Origin: Acidimicrobiaceae bacterium
GTDB taxonomy: Bacteria > Actinomycetota > Acidimicrobiia > Actinomarinales > Actinomarinaceae
Reading direction: 5' to 3'
DNA: 64,000 nt
Assembly: GCA_028344675.1 (NCBI GenBank)
Contig: JAOMBT010000004.1
Location: forward strand, 4,692 to 68,691
The translations under genes were made by a program, and so were the position numbers. Below the pieces are notes generated by a model, which worked only from the letters and a program-made list of their open reading frames with translations, did not search any database and had not been told where the DNA came from. Below are positions 46,612 to 55,977 of the stretch, piece after piece (position 1 is the stretch's first letter; each line of letters opens with the position of its first letter).

Positions 46612-49037
46612 TATCCAATAAAGTTTATAATTTTATCTTGAACAAAAATAATCTTTTTATAATTTTTTAAATCTAGTTTAAATTCTATTTCACAAATTTT
46701 TTCTGCTTCTTCTTTTGAAGTCCCTGTATTAACTATTTTGGTATGTCTCTTCTTTCCATTTATCTGAACAACTAATTCATAAGTTGGATCTGTTAAATTA
46801 GTTTCATCGAATATTGGCCATGATAACTCAGCTATATTTTGGCTTGTATACATATTGTTCAACTCAGATGCTATATGTGGCGCAAAAGGATAGAGAAGGC
46901 TACAAATATTAAATACAATATAGTCCTTTGTTCTTTTCGATATCGCTTGAGTTGAACTTAAATATTTTGTTAGTTCGATATTAATTTTCATTAAATCAGA
47001 TACTGCGGTGTTGAATTCAAATTTATCAAGATGATTAGTAACACTAAATATTGCTTGATTTATTTTTCTAATAATCTCTGCATCTAATTCATTGTGCTTA
47101 ACGATTTCAATAGATGACATTTTTTCAAAGTTATCCCATATTTTGTTTAAAAATCTTTTAGTACCCTCTATTCCTCCATCATTCCACTCTACTCCGTCAC
47201 TTGGTGGTGCCATAAAAAGAATATACAACCTTAAAGCATCAGCACCATGAGTTGCAAAATAAGATTCTGGGTCAACTACGTTACCTTTTGACTTTGACAT
47301 CTTAGAGCCACCAAAGTTTATCATTCCCTGACTAAATAAATTATGAAAGGGTTCGTTAACATCAACCATCCCAATATCTCTTAATGCTTTAATAAAAAAT
47401 CTTGAATAAAGTAAATGCAAAATTGCATGCTCTACCCCTCCAATATATTGATTAATAGGTAACCATGAATTAATTATCTCTTTATTAAATGGCATATCAT
47501 TATTTTTTGAATCGAGAAATCTTAGAAAATACCAAGATGAGTCAACAAATGTGTCCATAGTGTCTGTTTCTCTAAGGCACTGAATTCCGCATTTTGGACA
47601 AGAGGTATTAATAAATTCTTTACTATTTGCTAAAGGAGAATCTTCAGAATTTTTGTAATCATCAATTTCAGGTAAAAGAACCGGTAAATTATCGAAACTT
47701 TCTGGAACTAGACCACATGCACTACAGTTAATTACCGGAATTGGGCAACCCCAATACCTTTGACGGCTGATAAGCCAGTCCCTTAATCTAAATATTGTTT
47801 TCTCTTCTCCAATTCCTTTCTCTTTAAGATATTTTAATATTTCATCTGAGGCTTCATCATGAGAATTTAAATTGTTATATTCTTCAGAATTAATTAATAC
47901 ACCCCTTTCAGTAAAGGGTTCTTGATCAATATTTATAGAATGGCTTTCATCAATAATTACCTGCAAAATTGGAAGATTATAAACCTTTGCAAATTCATAG
48001 TCTCGCTCATCATGCCCAGGCACAGCCATAATTGCACCTGTACCATAATTTACTAATACATAATCTGCAATAAATAAAGATACTTTTTTTCCGTTTATAG
48101 GGTTTAAAACATACAGCCCAGTATCTATACCAGTCTTCTGCTTAGTGATAGACATTCTCTCAAATTCTGATTTTGCATTTGTTTTTTTTATATATTTTTT
48201 TATCTCCTCAGAACTAGGAGAAATTTTAATAATTTCATTAATAATATTGTGTTCAGGTGCCAAGACTGCAAAAGTCATACCAAATAGAGTATCAGGGCGG
48301 GTTGTAAATACTGGAAAATTTAAATCTGTATCTAAAATATTGAGATTAAATTCAGCTCCTTTGGACTTACCTATCCAATTCTCTTGCATGGATTTAACAT
48401 TGGATGGCCAGTCTCCTATCTCATCTAACCCTTTAAGAAGCTCTTCGGAATATTCAGAAATTTTAAAAAACCATTGATTTAAGTTTTTTTGTTCAACAGT
48501 TGCATCACACCTTTCACAACCTCCTTCAATTACCTGCTCATTAGCTAGTACAGTTTTACAAGAAGTACACCAATTTACAGGAGCATCATCTTTATAAGCA
48601 AGGCCATTTTCAAAAAGTTTGATAAATAAGAATTGAGTCCACTTATAGTAATCCTTATCGTGAGCCGCAACCTCCTTTTCCCAATCGTATAGTGACCCTA
48701 ATCTTTGTATTTGATCTCTCATATTACTAATTCGTTCTTCAGTAAATTTCTTTGGATGTATACCGGTCTTTATAGCTGCATTTTCTGCTGGAAGTCCAAA
48801 AGAGTCCCAACCCATTGGTGATAACACATTAAATCCGTTTTTTTGTTTATATCTAGTGATTACATCACCAATTGTATAGTTTCTGATATGTCCCATGTGT
48901 AAATCTCCTGATGGATATGGGTACATACATAAATTGTAAAAATTATCTCTAGTTTGCGAGACATCACAGTCAGCAAGACTAGTTTCTTGCCAAATTTTCT
49001 GCCATTTCGATTCAATGGATTTGTGTTCGTAATTCAT
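46611..49037 (-). CDS. leuS: Leucine--tRNA ligase
   Basis: HMGH (HIGH-type) and KMSKS motifs, plus the CP1 editing domain. 808 aa. Confidence 0.96.
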   Translation of the reverse strand: MNYEHKSIESKWQKIWQETSLADCDVSQTRDNFYNLCMYPYPSGDLHMGHIRNYTIGDVITRYKQKNGFNVLSPMGWDSFGLPAENAAIKTGIHPKKFTEERISNMRDQIQRLGSLYDWEKEVAAHDKDYYKWTQFLFIKLFENGLAYKDDAPVNWCTSCKTVLANEQVIEGGCERCDATVEQKNLNQWFFKISEYSEELLKGLDEIGDWPSNVKSMQENWIGKSKGAEFNLNILDTDLNFPVFTTRPDTLFGMTFAVLAPEHNIINEIIKISPSSEEIKKYIKKTNAKSEFERMSITKQKTGIDTGLYVLNPINGKKVSLFIADYVLVNYGTGAIMAVPGHDERDYEFAKVYNLPILQVIIDESHSINIDQEPFTERGVLINSEEYNNLNSHDEASDEILKYLKEKGIGEEKTIFRLRDWLISRQRYWGCPIPVINCSACGLVPESFDNLPVLLPEIDDYKNSEDSPLANSKEFINTSCPKCGIQCLRETDTMDTFVDSSWYFLRFLDSKNNDMPFNKEIINSWLPINQYIGGVEHAILHLLYSRFFIKALRDIGMVDVNEPFHNLFSQGMINFGGSKMSKSKGNVVDPESYFATHGADALRLYILFMAPPSDGVEWNDGGIEGTKRFLNKIWDNFEKMSSIEIVKHNELDAEIIRKINQAIFSVTNHLDKFEFNTAVSDLMKINIELTKYLSSTQAISKRTKDYIVFNICSLLYPFAPHIASELNNMYTSQNIAELSWPIFDETNLTDPTYELVVQINGKKRHTKIVNTGTSKEEAEKICEIEFKLDLKNYKKIIFVQDKIINFIG

Positions 49038-49040
49038 AAT

Positions 49041-50150
49041 TTAATTATTGTATACCTTGTTAATCTTGGAATACATCTGAATTATACTGTAAGAGTTTTT
49101 GATTGTCTCTGAAGCATTATTTTGAAGTTGTTTTACATTATTACTATCAATTTTTATAATATTAAAAATCTTGTCTCGAAAATCATTATTGTTTTTAAAC
49201 AAAAACCCAGTTTCATCGTCTTTTATTATCTTATTCATTGGAGTTACATCTCTAGTTATACTTAAAACACCATGTGCCATAGCTTCTAATAAGACAAGTC
49301 CGAGTCCTTCCGAGTAAGAAGGAAATACAAAGAGATCTAATGAACTAAAAAAATCTTTTCTGTCTGAAACATACCCCAAAAAATTAACATTCCTTCCTTC
49401 TACAGACTGTTTTAATTTATTTACATAAGCTTCTTGACCTACTCCACCAACTAATAATCTAATATTTAAATCACTAGAGTTAATAAGGGGTTCGATTTCT
49501 TTATAGACTGAAAGTAAATCTTCTATTCCTTTATTTTGATTTAATTTTCCTAAAAATCCAATAGTAAATTCGTTTGATGACTTAATATTGTGGACTAATG
49601 GAATTTCAATTCCGTACTTAATAACTACTGGAGATATTTTAGGGTTAAGAGTTTCTAGCCACTCTTGGATACTTTCAGAAATAACAATTATCTGCTGTGA
49701 TTGTTCCCAAATTTTTGTGAGAGAAGATATAAAGTAACTTCTTATCTTGTCTACTTGTTTATTACCTTGAAGATATGTTCCATATTTTCCATGAATAGTA
49801 ATAATATGCTTAATATTATATTTTGAATATTTCTTGGCATAATGAGCTAATAAATTAGACCTAGGAGAGTGCGAATGAATAATATCAAATTCTCCATTAT
49901 TAAATATTTTTATTGCCTCAATTAGCGAAAATGGATTGAAACCTTGAATTTTTTTAGGTCCTTTAAATCTTATTAAACCTATATCTAGTAAATTAAATTC
50001 TTCTTCTAGTGAAATAAAATTATCTAAATCGTTTCCAAGTAAAATAACAGATACCTTGTGACCTTCTTTAATTTGTATTTTAACCAAGCTTAATAAATGA
50101 GTTTCTGCTCCACCTCTAGATAAATCATTGATAACATGACAAATATTCAT
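49041..50150 (-). CDS. Glycosyltransferase family 4
   Basis: HVINDLSRGGAETHLLSL. PSYSEGLGLVLLEAMAHGVLSITRDVTPMNKII (E-x7-E). Confidence 0.85.
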   Translation of the reverse strand: MNICHVINDLSRGGAETHLLSLVKIQIKEGHKVSVILLGNDLDNFISLEEEFNLLDIGLIRFKGPKKIQGFNPFSLIEAIKIFNNGEFDIIHSHSPRSNLLAHYAKKYSKYNIKHIITIHGKYGTYLQGNKQVDKIRSYFISSLTKIWEQSQQIIVISESIQEWLETLNPKISPVVIKYGIEIPLVHNIKSSNEFTIGFLGKLNQNKGIEDLLSVYKEIEPLINSSDLNIRLLVGGVGQEAYVNKLKQSVEGRNVNFLGYVSDRKDFFSSLDLFVFPSYSEGLGLVLLEAMAHGVLSITRDVTPMNKIIKDDETGFLFKNNNDFRDKIFNIIKIDSNNVKQLQNNASETIKNSYSIIQMYSKINKVYNN

Positions 50151-50196
50151 TTCTGGATGTATTCTCCCTAATTAATATATATAGTAATAGGTATCA

Positions 50197-50847
50197 TCAC
50201 CTATCAAACCTTGGCGAGATCCATGTTGATTTATAAGGAAACACAAAATCTTTTTTAAAATCTTGATATGAAAGTGGTGTGAACTGAATAATTTGTGAGT
50301 TATTTTTTAAATTATTAGGTGTAGGTATAATCATTTTTTGCTGCATCAAAATTTTTTTGTATTTATATAAATCCCTAAGATTCAGAATATTTTTTGAAAA
50401 ATATTTTTGTCTATTAAGACTTATAAAAAAAGTTAACTCTTCTTGAAGTTTGTTTGGAGCAAATTTGTGATCTTCATAAATTTTATTAGTAAATTCATCT
50501 TTATCAACCATCAATTGACAGTTGTAGGAGGTTATAGAAACTTTTCTTATATCTATTAAAACTACATCCATATCTTCATCAATTTTATTATCTTTTATAA
50601 AGTTAAACCTGTGATGACCATCTAGAATAAATAATTCATCTTTAATTTCAACTTTGTTATCATCTAAAATGAAATCGACTCCTAGAACTAGGTTTGAATT
50701 TTTAACAATATCATAAGTAATATTGCTATTCTCATTTGTTTCTTCATGGGGATATATATTATTTAATCGAAATACATTAAGTTTGGTTTTATAAGCTTCT
50801 AATGCGTTATTTTCAAATTCTATTTTTTCTACATTTCTAATTATCAT
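50197..50847 (-). CDS. Hypothetical protein, half-size DUF1015-like
   Basis: LDGHHRF and the C-terminal FPYKSTWISPRF resemble the ADGHHR and P-x-KST-y-F-x-PK blocks I recall for DUF1015. 216 aa. Its start shares one nucleotide with the serC stop. Confidence 0.35.
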   Translation of the reverse strand: MIIRNVEKIEFENNALEAYKTKLNVFRLNNIYPHEETNENSNITYDIVKNSNLVLGVDFILDDNKVEIKDELFILDGHHRFNFIKDNKIDEDMDVVLIDIRKVSITSYNCQLMVDKDEFTNKIYEDHKFAPNKLQEELTFFISLNRQKYFSKNILNLRDLYKYKKILMQQKMIIPTPNNLKNNSQIIQFTPLSYQDFKKDFVFPYKSTWISPRFDR

Positions 50848-51914
50848 TATTTGTAATTAACAAAACTATCCAGAAAAGAAATAAAATCTTCCATCATTAA
50901 TAAATCGATACTGTTGTAATTACTTACCCTAATTCCACCAACACTTCTATGGCCATTAAGACCAATGTATCCATTCTTTACACAGCTATCTAAAAAAATT
51001 GGAGTTTGCTTTTCGTCTTTAAAATTAAATACAATATTAGACAAACTCCTATACTTTTCAGGAACATCAAGTGAGAACACGGATTCATTTTTATCTAAAT
51101 ATTTATAAAGTTTTTCAGCTTTATTTTTATTTACTCTTTCAATTTCTTTGACTCCGCCTTTATCCTCAATCCAATTTAAAACTTTTAACATCACAAATAT
51201 TGAAAAAGTTGGAGGTGTGTTAAAACTTGAATTTTTATTAATATGGTTATGAGAATCTAAATAAGAAGTTAGGATATTATCTTCTAAGAAACCTTTCTTA
51301 ATTACACATATTGTAACACCAGGAATACCAAGATTTTTTTGCGCTCCAGCAAAAACATAGGAGATATTATCCCACTCAAATTCGTAAGAACAAATATCTG
51401 AAGACATATCTATTATCAAATTTTTATTTTTAAATAAACCAAAATCTCTAACCTGCACACCCTCAATTGTTTCATTAGAAGTAAGATAAATATAATCTTC
51501 ACGTTCTTGCTGTAAGCTCTTAAAAGTATTTTCAGAAAAGTTTTTTTCAAGAAAGTAGTGTGGAATTTTATCATCAAAATATTTTTGAAAGTCGTTGAAA
51601 GTTTTTCTACCCCATGTTCCTGATAGAAAAAATAATATATTTCCATTTAAACTTGGTTTATTTGAAGGAATAAAGGTATTTTGAAAAGTCGCACCGCCCT
51701 GAAGTAGGATTATGTCATATTCTTCTGGTAAATTAAGTAATTTAGCAATCTTTGATTTTACCTCATTGACTATTTCTTGAAAAGCTTCACTGCGATGAGA
51801 GAGTTCTAAAATTGAGTATCCTAAATTCTTATAATCTTTTATGTCATCACTAATTTGATTTATAACAATTTCTGGAATCTTAGATGGACCAGCAGAAAAA
51901 TTTTTAATCTTCAT
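50847..51914 (-). CDS. serC: Phosphoserine aminotransferase
   Basis: NFSAGPS, QGGATFQ and NxGxxGVT-type blocks. I moved the start from 51953 to ATG 51914 (MKIKNFSAGPS). Confidence 0.9.
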   Translation of the reverse strand: MKIKNFSAGPSKIPEIVINQISDDIKDYKNLGYSILELSHRSEAFQEIVNEVKSKIAKLLNLPEEYDIILLQGGATFQNTFIPSNKPSLNGNILFFLSGTWGRKTFNDFQKYFDDKIPHYFLEKNFSENTFKSLQQEREDYIYLTSNETIEGVQVRDFGLFKNKNLIIDMSSDICSYEFEWDNISYVFAGAQKNLGIPGVTICVIKKGFLEDNILTSYLDSHNHINKNSSFNTPPTFSIFVMLKVLNWIEDKGGVKEIERVNKNKAEKLYKYLDKNESVFSLDVPEKYRSLSNIVFNFKDEKQTPIFLDSCVKNGYIGLNGHRSVGGIRVSNYNSIDLLMMEDFISFLDSFVNYK

Positions 51915-53259
51915 TATCCACCATTGTAAACACAAGTCCAAGACACAAACCAAAAATAGGTAATAAATCCTCTATCGAAGAAAGTGATATTGTAAATACA
52001 AGCATTGATACATATAAAAAACGTTTGAAGTTGTCAAATAACAAATAAATCAGTAACAAAAGAATGGCTAATAGGTAGAGAAACCCTATTGAGAAAAAGT
52101 TAAATAAAAAATTATTTTGAATATTAATATTTTCATAAGTTAAGAAATACCTTCCAGTACCGAAAGAATTGGAAAGATATTTTATTTTTAAATATTCTGG
52201 AAGTGTTCTATTTGTTAAATACATTTCATCTTGTACATTCTTTGCAAGAAATTTAGTGTATTTTTGATTAGTTCCTTGAAATCCAAATCCTATATTATGT
52301 TTCATATATTCAATAGAGAATCTAAATATATCACTTCTTTCTTGATCATCAAAAATAATTTCATTAATGTCATAATCTATTTCAAGATTGTTATTACCTC
52401 CTTCAATACTTTCAGGGGAAGAATCTAGAGTGTCACTTGTTGAATTTGAAATCTGTGGACATTCAATATTTTTAGGGCTTATATCGCATTCTTTAATTGG
52501 AATAAAGAAAGATATAAGAAATAATGTAACAAAAAAAATTATTTTATAACTAACTTTGTAAGTAATAATTTGAATAAATGAAAATGCAATAACAAGAATA
52601 AGTGCATATTCACTTTTTGTTAGTCCAAAAGCCAAACCTGATAATATGTAGAAATAAATTGGTTGTACTTTTTTAAAATGTAAAGCAAGAAAAACTGGAA
52701 AAAGTAAAGATACTAAAAAAACTGGCTCCCTGAATGTTCCTACCATTCTGTGGCTACCAGAAATCCAAAAATTAACTTGAGCATCAAAACCTAAAATTCC
52801 TGTTCCTGGCCTATTTCTGGTGGGTTCAAAAAAATTAAATAATTGAGCTAAGAAGGTATATATGCAAATAGATAATAAGAGAACATAAATTTTTTCTAAA
52901 GCATTAATTATTTCATAATTAAATCTGGACTTAGAAGTCACATAGAAGATAAAAATAAATGATAGGAAACTAAAAACTCTTAATAAGGTATAAATTTCAC
53001 CATCAATTAAATCACTAATAACTTGATACTTAAAAAAGGTTGGTAATAAAGCAACAAATACTCCTAATTTGATTAGAGATGGTATTTTCATATTTTCATA
53101 AAAATATAAAATAACAAAAAATAAAACTGTTAAGGAACCGCCAATCCAATTCAAAGGTATATTAAAAAGTTGATATGCATCTAGAAAACTTAGAAATATT
53201 GAAACAATTAATAAACTTTCAATTAATGTTTTAAATTTATATTTATTTTTTAACATCAA
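51904..53259 (-). CDS. Polytopic membrane protein, O-antigen polymerase/ligase-like (Wzy_C type); paralog of 6942-8318
   Basis: Ten or more hydrophobic segments. Shares PxRxRPGxG...GTFREPVFL with the 6942-8318 product. It has a hydrophilic loop with KECDISPKNIEC. Confidence 0.55.
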   Translation of the reverse strand: MMLKNKYKFKTLIESLLIVSIFLSFLDAYQLFNIPLNWIGGSLTVLFFVILYFYENMKIPSLIKLGVFVALLPTFFKYQVISDLIDGEIYTLLRVFSFLSFIFIFYVTSKSRFNYEIINALEKIYVLLLSICIYTFLAQLFNFFEPTRNRPGTGILGFDAQVNFWISGSHRMVGTFREPVFLVSLLFPVFLALHFKKVQPIYFYILSGLAFGLTKSEYALILVIAFSFIQIITYKVSYKIIFFVTLFLISFFIPIKECDISPKNIECPQISNSTSDTLDSSPESIEGGNNNLEIDYDINEIIFDDQERSDIFRFSIEYMKHNIGFGFQGTNQKYTKFLAKNVQDEMYLTNRTLPEYLKIKYLSNSFGTGRYFLTYENINIQNNFLFNFFSIGFLYLLAILLLLIYLLFDNFKRFLYVSMLVFTISLSSIEDLLPIFGLCLGLVFTMVDNED

Positions 53260-53290
53260 TACAACTCTAACTAAAGAATCAACATATCGT

Positions 53291-54517
53291 TCATAATTTA
53301 CTTTTGGAGTTTTTATGCCTTAAATAAGTAAATAGTTCGTACATTTTTTGTGTTATTGTTCCAAGTGTTAATGCAAGAGCAATGCCATTATATGAAAAAG
53401 TGTTTGCCAAAACAGCTGTTAAAATTATAAATACTGATAAATTTATTAATCTACCATAGGTATGTTTAATTATTAAATCATTAAGAAATAAATAATGTCT
53501 TGTCCAGAATGTTAAAAAATACGAAATGTAACCAACAAGCAATATCAACATTGGATAAAAAGAGTCAGCAAAATCTTCACCAACAATTAAATTAATTAGT
53601 AGGTTCCCAAAAATAAAGTAGAGGGTAAACAGCGTTATAGAAGCAGGTAGGATTATTCTTTTGACCAATGAGCTAAATTTGAAATTACTATCATTACTTA
53701 TTTTATTAAGCATCCATGGTGAAAAAGCTACAATTAAATAATTTATTGGGTCAACTAGTTTTTTTGCAATTCTGTAAATTCCTGCTGCATAAAAGTTTGC
53801 AAAATATCCTATTACTACAATATCTAAATGAGCTGGAATTAATCCTACAGCTTGATCAGAACGAATTTGATAAAAACTTTTTTTTGATAATTGAAAATAC
53901 TCAACAATTCCCATAGAATCTAAAATTTGTTCATTGTTTTTTGATAGTAGGTAAAGAACTAAAATCCCAACTATTAAAGCATGAATTGAAAGAGCAGTAA
54001 AGAAACTTTCTAAAGAAGATTCATAAATAACAAATGATACCACTAAGGAAAATCTTAAAATATTCGAAAACGCTTCGAGAGAAGAATAGGTTTTCATATC
54101 TCCCTGATGTGTGTAAATGCCCTTAAATACCTCTATTACATTTAAAAATATTCTAGAAAAAATATAAAAAACTAAATAACTAGGTAAGTTATATAAATTT
54201 AATAAATCAAAATTTTTAGATATTAATAATAAGACAATAATCAATACAGATGACAAAAGTCCTAAAAAGAATTCAAAAAGTATGGAAGTTTTTAAAAAAT
54301 TTTTTTTTGTATTTTTAAAATTAATCAAAATTAAATCTGAGTTTCTTGAATTTAATACCCGAAAACAAATTGCAATTAAACCCAGGTAAACTCCAATAGT
54401 TCCATATAGTTCAGGGCCAAAAGCCTTAGCAACTATTCTTATTTGGATAATTGCAAGTACTGCAATGATTCCCTGTGAGAGAATGAGTTCTTTTGTTTCT
54501 AAAAAAAAAGTTTTCAT
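53291..54517 (-). CDS. Polysaccharide flippase-like membrane protein (Wzx/MOP superfamily)
   Basis: About 12 hydrophobic helices. The track start 54568 reads through tRNA-Ala (MACKRSGVQIPSAPHRC is translated tRNA antisense), so I moved the start to ATG 54517 (MKTFFLETKE). Confidence 0.65.
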   Translation of the reverse strand: MKTFFLETKELILSQGIIAVLAIIQIRIVAKAFGPELYGTIGVYLGLIAICFRVLNSRNSDLILINFKNTKKNFLKTSILFEFFLGLLSSVLIIVLLLISKNFDLLNLYNLPSYLVFYIFSRIFLNVIEVFKGIYTHQGDMKTYSSLEAFSNILRFSLVVSFVIYESSLESFFTALSIHALIVGILVLYLLSKNNEQILDSMGIVEYFQLSKKSFYQIRSDQAVGLIPAHLDIVVIGYFANFYAAGIYRIAKKLVDPINYLIVAFSPWMLNKISNDSNFKFSSLVKRIILPASITLFTLYFIFGNLLINLIVGEDFADSFYPMLILLVGYISYFLTFWTRHYLFLNDLIIKHTYGRLINLSVFIILTAVLANTFSYNGIALALTLGTITQKMYELFTYLRHKNSKSKL

Positions 54518-54526
54518 ACACCTATG

Positions 54527-54599
<73 letters not shown>

Positions 54600-54610
54600 T
54601 TAAACTTAGG

Positions 54611-54964
54611 TTATCCATATTGATAAATTAATTCACAATCAAAATATAAATCTTCTAACATATAAAATTCTCGAGCATCCTCATTAAGTATGTGGATTAA
54701 TATTTCTTTAACTTCAATTAACATCCATGTCGAGTCTTTACCCTCCACTCTCAGATTTCTAGTGTCAAATAAATCCATTAATTTCTTCACTACACCATTC
54801 ATTTGGGCATTTGATGTTGCTGTCCCTATGATTACATTACTGTAAGGTATTGCGATATCACCTTTGAATACACTTAAATCAAGTAGTTTTTGAGAATGTA
54901 AGATGTCTAAAACAACATCTAATAAGAATGAATCAGTTAATTCTTGTTTCTGTATATTTGACAC
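54611..54964 (-). CDS. rsfS: Ribosomal silencing factor RsfS (iojap-like)
   Basis: 117 aa. Contains VIIGTATSNAQMNGVVKKL and W-x-L-x-D/E-type WMLIEVKEILIHIL...REFYMLEDLY. GTG start. Confidence 0.85.
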   Translation of the reverse strand: MSNIQKQELTDSFLLDVVLDILHSQKLLDLSVFKGDIAIPYSNVIIGTATSNAQMNGVVKKLMDLFDTRNLRVEGKDSTWMLIEVKEILIHILNEDAREFYMLEDLYFDCELIYQYG

Positions 54965-55021
54965 TTATAAATATATTACCATGTAAAAATTAAAGGCACT
55001 ATTCTTATAAATGAGGAAGAA

Positions 55022-55420
55022 TTGAAAAGAATAAAAAACTTAAAATCACTTTTAGAAACATTATTCAACAGTCGTCGTTTAAGAACAATCTTGATAGGCT
55101 TAGCCCTTGTTATTATTTTTTTTGGTTACATCTTTTATATAACTGAACCTACAGTAGAAAGTATTGGAGATGGTTTTTACTGGGCATTAGTAACAGTAAC
55201 AACTGTTGGATATGGTGACATTACGCCCACTACACCTTCAGGAAAATTAATAGCAAGTTTCTTAATACTATTGGGACTGGGGTTAATTGCAACTATTACT
55301 GCTATTGTATCTGCTAAGTTTATTCAGAATTATGTAGACCACCATACTAATGATGATGTGTTAGATAAACTCGAGATTCTACAAAAAGATATCGAAGAAT
55401 TAAAAAATAAAATTCAATAA
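55022..55420 (+). CDS. Minimal two-TM potassium channel (KcsA-like) with a C-terminal coiled coil
   Basis: Two TM helices flank a pore helix and the selectivity filter TVGYGD (VTVTTVGYGDITP). TTG start preceded by GAGGAAG. Confidence 0.85.
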   Translation: MKRIKNLKSLLETLFNSRRLRTILIGLALVIIFFGYIFYITEPTVESIGDGFYWALVTVTTVGYGDITPTTPSGKLIASFLILLGLGLIATITAIVSAKFIQNYVDHHTNDDVLDKLEILQKDIEELKNKIQ

Positions 55421-55977
55421 AGATTTTTCTCTCTAATGTACTTTAAAATTTCTAAAGGTAAATCATTATTTTCTAAAATATTTTCTTGTAATTTTTTGCG
55501 CAAATCTGTAGAACTTAAATTCAGTTTTTGTCCTTCAATTAATTGGTAGTTAAATGGGAATTGTTGGTTTAACAGGTTCATGTTATCTTCACTTCTTAAT
55601 GCAACTAAAAAATTAGTAAGATTAGATAAATCTTTATAATTTTTCCAAGTTCGAATTTTCATTGCAGTATCAGAACCAAGAATGAAAAATAAATTTTCTT
55701 TCGGAAGATTTAGCTTAGTTAATGTTTCATAAGTATAAGAAGGGGTATCCTCAGAATTTTCAATTTTACTAATCTCCAATTGTTCAGAATTTTTAATAAG
55801 AAGTTTTGTCATTTCATATCTATGTATAAATGAAGTGGTTTCTTTTTTTTGCCATGGATTTCCTGATGGAATAAATATTACTTTATCTAAATAAAATTGC
55901 TCAATAGATCTCTCCGCAATTTTTAAATGTGCATCATGAGGAGGGTCAAAAGTTCCTCCAAGTATCCCAATTTTCAT
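55414..55977 (-). CDS. nadD: Nicotinate-nucleotide adenylyltransferase
   Basis: GILGGTFDPPHDAHL (the (H/T)xGH-type motif). 187 aa. Confidence 0.9.
   Translation of the reverse strand: MKIGILGGTFDPPHDAHLKIAERSIEQFYLDKVIFIPSGNPWQKKETTSFIHRYEMTKLLIKNSEQLEISKIENSEDTPSYTYETLTKLNLPKENLFFILGSDTAMKIRTWKNYKDLSNLTNFLVALRSEDNMNLLNQQFPFNYQLIEGQKLNLSSTDLRKKLQENILENNDLPLEILKYIREKNLY

Noticed and set aside
55011-55025. Five-codon mini-ORF ATG AGG AAG AAT TGA immediately upstream of, and overlapping, the K+ channel TTG start; considered as a possible leader peptide.
   Set aside because: The same bases are more simply explained as the Shine-Dalgarno sequence (GAGGAAG) for the TTG start at 55022.
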